This document shows, piece by piece, positions 26,101 through 30,565 of a DNA stretch of 30,565 nucleotides (positions are counted from its first letter, which is position 1; every line of letters starts with the position of its first letter). Origin of the DNA: Cyanobacteria bacterium J06626_4. GTDB taxonomy: Bacteria; Cyanobacteriota; Cyanobacteriia; Phormidesmidales; Phormidesmidaceae. The stretch is taken from contig JBCBJQ010000069.1 in the NCBI GenBank assembly GCA_038523235.1, positions 1-30,565 on the forward strand, read 5' to 3'. A model generated the notes under the pieces. The model searched no databases and was not told the DNA's origin. It saw nothing but the letters and a program-made list of their open reading frames with translations. Position numbers and translations under genes: made by a program.

Positions 26101-28656
26101 GTGGAAGCCTTAGTTGATTGTGCCGGTGTTCAAGGGCTCTATACGTATCGCCTACCCCCTGACCTGACGATTGCGGTGGGCGATATTTTAAGCGTGCCTT
26201 TTGGGCCACAACAGGTTGGGGCGATCGCCCTGCGGCTATTAGCAACTCCCCCTCAAGATTTGGCAGAAAACCAGATTCGAGCGGTCACGGCGGTGATTAG
26301 TCGTGGTCTGTTTTCGCCTACTTATTGGCAGTTGATGACTCAAATTGCCGAATACTATCAAACTCCGCTCATTCAAGTGATTCGCACGGCTTTGCCACCG
26401 GGATTGCTAGGGCGATCGCAGCGACGAGTCCGATTGTTGTCGGCGACCTTGCCACCAGATGCGGCGACCTTTTTGCCCCCTGCTGCGGCTTGTGTGCTGA
26501 CTCAGCTACAGCAGTCGGCTAACGGTGACTACACCTGGCAGTATCTGCGGCAAAAATGTCGGGGTGCCAATCGAGGCATTCAGGCTTTAATCCAGCGCGG
26601 GTGGGCCGAGAGTTATTTGGCTTTGCCCACTCCGCCGCAGCCGAAGCGGCGGCAAGCGGTGACCGTCATGCAGGTGCCGTCTCTAGAAGACGGCGCGATT
26701 ACCCGTCGCCAGTATGAGGTGCTGACGTTGCTGCAGCGCCAAGGGGGTGACCTGTGGCTGGCCGACGCGCTGCAATATTGCCGCACGACCAGCGCGACGC
26801 TGCGATCGCTGGCTCAAAAGGGATATCTTGCCATCGAAGCCCGAGAAATCCTGCGGCACTCTGACCGGCAATCGTTGCCGCCGGATCAACCCAAGAGTTT
26901 AACGGTCGCCCAGCAAGCGGCCTTGAAAACGTTAATAGCAGCCACCGATTCAGGCCCTTACTTGCTGCATGGTGTGACGGGCTCAGGTAAAACGGAGGTT
27001 TATTTACAAGTCATTGCACCGCGCTTGGCGGCGGGGCAGTCAGCACTGGTGTTAGTGCCAGAGATTGGTCTGACCCCGCAGCTGACTGATCGGTTTCAAC
27101 AGCGGTTTGGCGATCGCATTTGCGTCTATCACAGTGGTTTGTCTGACGGTGAGCGTTATGACGCCTGGCGACGGATGCTCCAAGGGGAACCCCTCGTGGC
27201 GATCGGCACGCGCTCAGCTGTTTTTGCTCCCCTGTCTCAGCTCGGCATCATCATTTTAGATGAGGAGCATGACAGCAGCTTCAAACAAGATCAGCCAATG
27301 CCCTGTTATCACGCACGCACGGTGGCCCAGTGGCGAGCGGAGCGCGAAGGGTGTCCACTGCTATTGGGCTCGGCCACGCCCTCACTTGAGAGTTGGATTG
27401 CTTTGGCCAATCCAGCAACTGCTGTTCTGGCAAGCGCTGATTCAGAGCTGCCTGCAGCAACTTGGAACTTGGCTAAAGCTGAGATGCCAGCCACTACAGA
27501 AACGATAGCGGCGGCTCCGGCACCGATGTCGGCAACTGAGTCTGTGACTGCTCTAAGTGCGGTGGTGGATAATCCGCATTACCTCGCTTTGCCCGAGCGC
27601 GTGCATCAGCGGCCAGTGCCGCCCATCACCGTGGTCGACATGCGGCTTGAACTGCAGATTGGCAATCGCTCCATCTTTAGTCGCGCTCTGCGGGCAGCGC
27701 TCGAAACGATGAAAGCCAAAAATGAGCAGGGCATCCTATTCATTCAGCGGCGGGGCCACAGTAGTTTTGTTTCCTGCCGCTTGTGTGGTCATGTGATGAT
27801 GTGTCCGCACTGTGATGTTTCGCTGTCATACCACCAATCACATAGTAATGCTGCCCCTCGGCTGCGCTGCCACTATTGCGGGTTTAGCCAAGCTCAGCCG
27901 CCCGCTTGTCCGTCCTGTGGCTCGAAATATTTGAAGCACTTCGGCAGTGGTACGCAGCGAGTTGAGCAGGCGATCGCCCAAGAACTGCCCCAGCTGCGGT
28001 GTCTACGCTTTGATAGTGACACCACCCGCGCCAAAGGCGCTCACCGTGCCCTGCTTGCCCGGTTTGCTCAGGGAGAAGCCGATGTGCTGGTGGGTACGCA
28101 AATGCTGACGAAGGGCATCGATTTGCCCCGGGTCACGGTCGTGGGCATCATTGCTGCCGATGGTCTGCTGTATATGGCCGACTATCGGGCGAGTGAGCGA
28201 GCCTTTCAGGTGTTGACTCAGGTGGCCGGTCGGTCGGGGCGGGGCGAGCAGCCGGGACGGGTCATTTTACAAACCTATAATCCGGAGAATCCGGTTGTCG
28301 AGGCCGTGAAGCACCATAGCCTCCGCAGCTTTCTCGAAACTGAACTGCAGCAGCGCAGTACGCTCAATTACCCCCCCATGGGGCGATTGATCTTATTGCG
28401 CATCACCAGCCCCCAGTCCCATCTGGTGGAACAGGCGGCTCGCCAGCTAGCGGCCCAAGTCGCCGCGATCACCCCCGCCTGGGAACTCCTAGGGCCGGCA
28501 CCGGCACCGATTTTGCGGGTTGCCCGGCGCTATCGCTGGCAGATCTTGCTCAAGGGGGCGATCGCCGACCCGCTGCCTGAGCTGGGGCAATTGTCAAAAT
28601 TGTGCCCTGCCCAAGTGAGTTTGACGGTTGATGTTGACCCGCTCAATTTAATGTGA
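26101..28656 (+). CDS. priA: Primosomal protein N' (replication restart helicase)
   Basis: GVTGSGKTEVY, LVPEIGLTPQ, DEEHD, GSATPS, four CxxC zinc motifs, GTQMLTKG, QVAGRSGR, terminal DVDP. Start uncertain. Confidence 0.96.
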   Translation: MEALVDCAGVQGLYTYRLPPDLTIAVGDILSVPFGPQQVGAIALRLLATPPQDLAENQIRAVTAVISRGLFSPTYWQLMTQIAEYYQTPLIQVIRTALPPGLLGRSQRRVRLLSATLPPDAATFLPPAAACVLTQLQQSANGDYTWQYLRQKCRGANRGIQALIQRGWAESYLALPTPPQPKRRQAVTVMQVPSLEDGAITRRQYEVLTLLQRQGGDLWLADALQYCRTTSATLRSLAQKGYLAIEAREILRHSDRQSLPPDQPKSLTVAQQAALKTLIAATDSGPYLLHGVTGSGKTEVYLQVIAPRLAAGQSALVLVPEIGLTPQLTDRFQQRFGDRICVYHSGLSDGERYDAWRRMLQGEPLVAIGTRSAVFAPLSQLGIIILDEEHDSSFKQDQPMPCYHARTVAQWRAEREGCPLLLGSATPSLESWIALANPATAVLASADSELPAATWNLAKAEMPATTETIAAAPAPMSATESVTALSAVVDNPHYLALPERVHQRPVPPITVVDMRLELQIGNRSIFSRALRAALETMKAKNEQGILFIQRRGHSSFVSCRLCGHVMMCPHCDVSLSYHQSHSNAAPRLRCHYCGFSQAQPPACPSCGSKYLKHFGSGTQRVEQAIAQELPQLRCLRFDSDTTRAKGAHRALLARFAQGEADVLVGTQMLTKGIDLPRVTVVGIIAADGLLYMADYRASERAFQVLTQVAGRSGRGEQPGRVILQTYNPENPVVEAVKHHSLRSFLETELQQRSTLNYPPMGRLILLRITSPQSHLVEQAARQLAAQVAAITPAWELLGPAPAPILRVARRYRWQILLKGAIADPLPELGQLSKLCPAQVSLTVDVDPLNLM

Positions 28657-28928
28657 CCGGTGGCAAGAGGGAGCTCATTCACTCTGATGAAAAGTGATCA
28701 TTTGTGGACTCGCCCAATTCTCATTACCTCCTCAAAATCGGTATCCATTCAGCGCCCTCGCTGGCGATGTGCTCTGTTGAAGCAAGCTCAACCGTGATAT
28801 CGATGGCTGCTGCTTGAATGACTGGGGATCAAGTTTGATTGATGCTGTCGGGGCTGAAATCGATTGGGAATTTCTGGAAAGGAAGTGTTCCAGTATAGTG
28901 ATGACATAGCTGCCAAACACCTATTTCC

Positions 28929-29633
28929 ATGCTGAAGCATTTCCTCAAGCCCATCATCGGCCCGTTCCTTCTGGCGTTCGTCTTGCTCGTCACCTGTCTT
29001 ACAGCGGCTCCAGCCTGGGCCACTGGCGTTTATCAAATGCCCGCTTTGTCAGACGACACTTGGATCGTTGACGATGCTGGTTTGATTAGCCGTCTTAATG
29101 AAGGCAAAATTACTGACCAACTGCAGGCGCTAGCGACAGAGACCGGTAACGAAGTGCGCTTTGTCACGATTCACCGGCTGGATTATGGGGAAACACCTGC
29201 GAGCTTTGCGGATGCTCTCATGCAAAAGTGGTTCCCCGATCCTGAGGCCCGCGCCAATCAGAGCATTTTGGTATTAGACGATGTGACGAATACTGCTGCG
29301 ATGAAAGTGGGCGATCGCGCAGCGACTTTATTGTCCACGGAGATTGTCGATAGTGTTGTGGATGAAACGATTGGTTTGCCGCTGCGACAGGCCAACAAGT
29401 ACAACCAGGCGTTTTTAGGAGCCAGCGATCGCCTCTTTGCCGTGCTGTCTGGCGGCCCTGATCCGGGCCCCCCGGTTGATGTCGCTTCCTTTGAAATGGA
29501 AAGCACTTTCGCTTCGGCTGAAGAAACGGAAGAAAATCGCGGTAACGCGACGATTATCGTAGTGGGCTTTTTAATTGCCGCGACGGTGATTCCGATGGCG
29601 ACCTACTACATTTATCAATCCATTGGTGGGTAG
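28929..29633 (+). CDS. psb32: Photosystem II repair protein Psb32 (TPM domain)
   Basis: Signal peptide ending AWA-TGVY; VRFVTIHRLDYGET; KYNQAFL; PDPGPP; C-terminal TM with AATVIPMATY. Confidence 0.9.
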   Translation: MLKHFLKPIIGPFLLAFVLLVTCLTAAPAWATGVYQMPALSDDTWIVDDAGLISRLNEGKITDQLQALATETGNEVRFVTIHRLDYGETPASFADALMQKWFPDPEARANQSILVLDDVTNTAAMKVGDRAATLLSTEIVDSVVDETIGLPLRQANKYNQAFLGASDRLFAVLSGGPDPGPPVDVASFEMESTFASAEETEENRGNATIIVVGFLIAATVIPMATYYIYQSIGG

Positions 29634-29683
29634 GGTCGCTGTTGCTTTACTAGCCTGCCCAGCCTGTTGACCCGCACCGATGC

Positions 29684-29731
29684 AACAGCCTTCTGCAGTC
29701 TCTACGAGGGAGCTGACTGCAGGAGGCTGTT
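29684..29731. terminator. Long hairpin between convergent psb32 and DUF4346 genes (likely bidirectional terminator)
   Basis: AACAGCCTTCTGCAGTC / GACTGCAGGAGGCTGTT; 17-bp stem with one G-U pair and a 14-nt loop. Confidence 0.65.
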
Positions 29732-29755
29732 TGGTATGGAGATGCAGAAAGCAAA

Positions 29756-30163
29756 CTAATCTTGAACGTATTCTTGACCCGCCACGAGAGCCAGCTCGGC
29801 CCGCACAAATTCGCGCCCGAGATAAGCTGCGTGCTCCATTCTGGTAACGGGGCAAGGGCGCTCGCTCGCCTCAAACACCGCAATGCACAATTCTTTGGCG
29901 GTGCGTCCAGTGTAGAGATGGGTGGATTGACGGGGTTCTCCTCCCTGGCAGGCTAAAGGCTCGCCAGTTTCAGGGTCACACGCCAAACCTTTATCGTTGA
30001 TTACATTGGTAAAGTGCTTAGCGCAAATGAGTCTCTTGTCGACCTCTAGATAGACCAAGAAATATCCACCCGGATCAAGCTCAATGAATCGCTGTGAGAG
30101 CTGATTGTCGAGGTCAGTGAGTGATTGGGAGTTGGCTGGCTGAGCGATCGAGGTTGGTACCAT
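29756..30163 (-). CDS. DUF4346-domain protein
   Basis: RFIELDPGGYF, GRTAKEL, HAAYLGREF, YVQD; TAGAAT -10-like box upstream at 30237-30242. Confidence 0.85.
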   Translation of the reverse strand: MVPTSIAQPANSQSLTDLDNQLSQRFIELDPGGYFLVYLEVDKRLICAKHFTNVINDKGLACDPETGEPLACQGGEPRQSTHLYTGRTAKELCIAVFEASERPCPVTRMEHAAYLGREFVRAELALVAGQEYVQD

Positions 30164-30565
30164 TTGAACAACTTAAAGATGAGGTTTGCGGAATGTGGCC
30201 ATAGGCTAAGTCGGCAAAATTAGCTTAGGCTTTTTATTCTAACTTGACGGGTGAGCCGATGCGGCTCTTGAGATTTCTGCTAAATACCGCATTCCGGTCG
30301 TTAAAAGAACATCGCCATACTGAGAGACTTAGACGGTTCTACAGAATGCAGTAATTTAGCTTTGAACAGATGCTTGAAAGACTGATTGTCAAAATCTCTA
30401 AGTCGCTCATTTCTGGCCAGACGTCATGGATTAAAAATACTTTTGTCAAACATTACACGCGGTCTAGTCTCCTTGTTCTGGTCTGTGGAGTAAGCTGCAG
30501 GCTCCTGATGATGGCAATCTGACCAGGAGCAAAATTTAGTTCAGCTTGGCATATATAAGTAGGAA

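Larger units (their letters stand above)
701..30565. repeat. HIP1 octamer GCGATCGC dispersed throughout
   Basis: Examples at 701, 1532, 1866, 3643 and 12868, with many more; hallmark of many cyanobacterial genomes. Confidence 0.95.

Noticed and set aside
30164..30565. Gene or ncRNA at the right end, including hairpin GCTCCTG/CAGGAGC at 30501-30530
   Set aside because: No ORF of 60 aa or more, and a single 7-bp stem is too little evidence; context is cut off.
1..30565. CRISPR array, tRNA/rRNA, transposase, defence system
   Set aside because: No regularly spaced repeats or matching motifs; the recurrent GCGATCGC is ordinary HIP1.

Overview
Chromosomal segment of a cyanobacterium. The HIP1 octamer GCGATCGC recurs throughout, and cruF/cruG, psb32 and a group 2 sigma factor are present. 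Gene order: a truncated small gene and a divergent ECF-like sigma factor (AT-richer left end); Ser/Thr kinase; a nested inverted-repeat element; DUF3493 protein; lipoprotein; MFS transporter; DUF2157 + GDYXXLXY pair; a transglutaminase-like membrane protein lacking its catalytic Cys and His; a sulfotransferase + Wzt + Wzm glycan-export module; cruG-cruF; a cofE-like/GNAT/ruvX/DUF3727/mltG/yqeG run; a candidate structured RNA or small ORF; a GFA pseudogene; gpgS-like gene; sigC; priA; psb32; DUF4346. I saw no rRNA, tRNA, CRISPR array or transposase. Best leads: (i) a WbdD-like coiled-coil sulfotransferase next to a Wzt with a C-terminal binding domain, suggesting sulfate-capped glycan export; (ii) a two-hairpin RNA with complementary loops after yqeG; (iii) the ECF-like sigma/partner pair, whose partner is broken by a 36-bp inversion between 12-bp inverted repeats; (iv) the pseudo-transglutaminase. 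All family calls come from reading motifs by eye; no database search was run.
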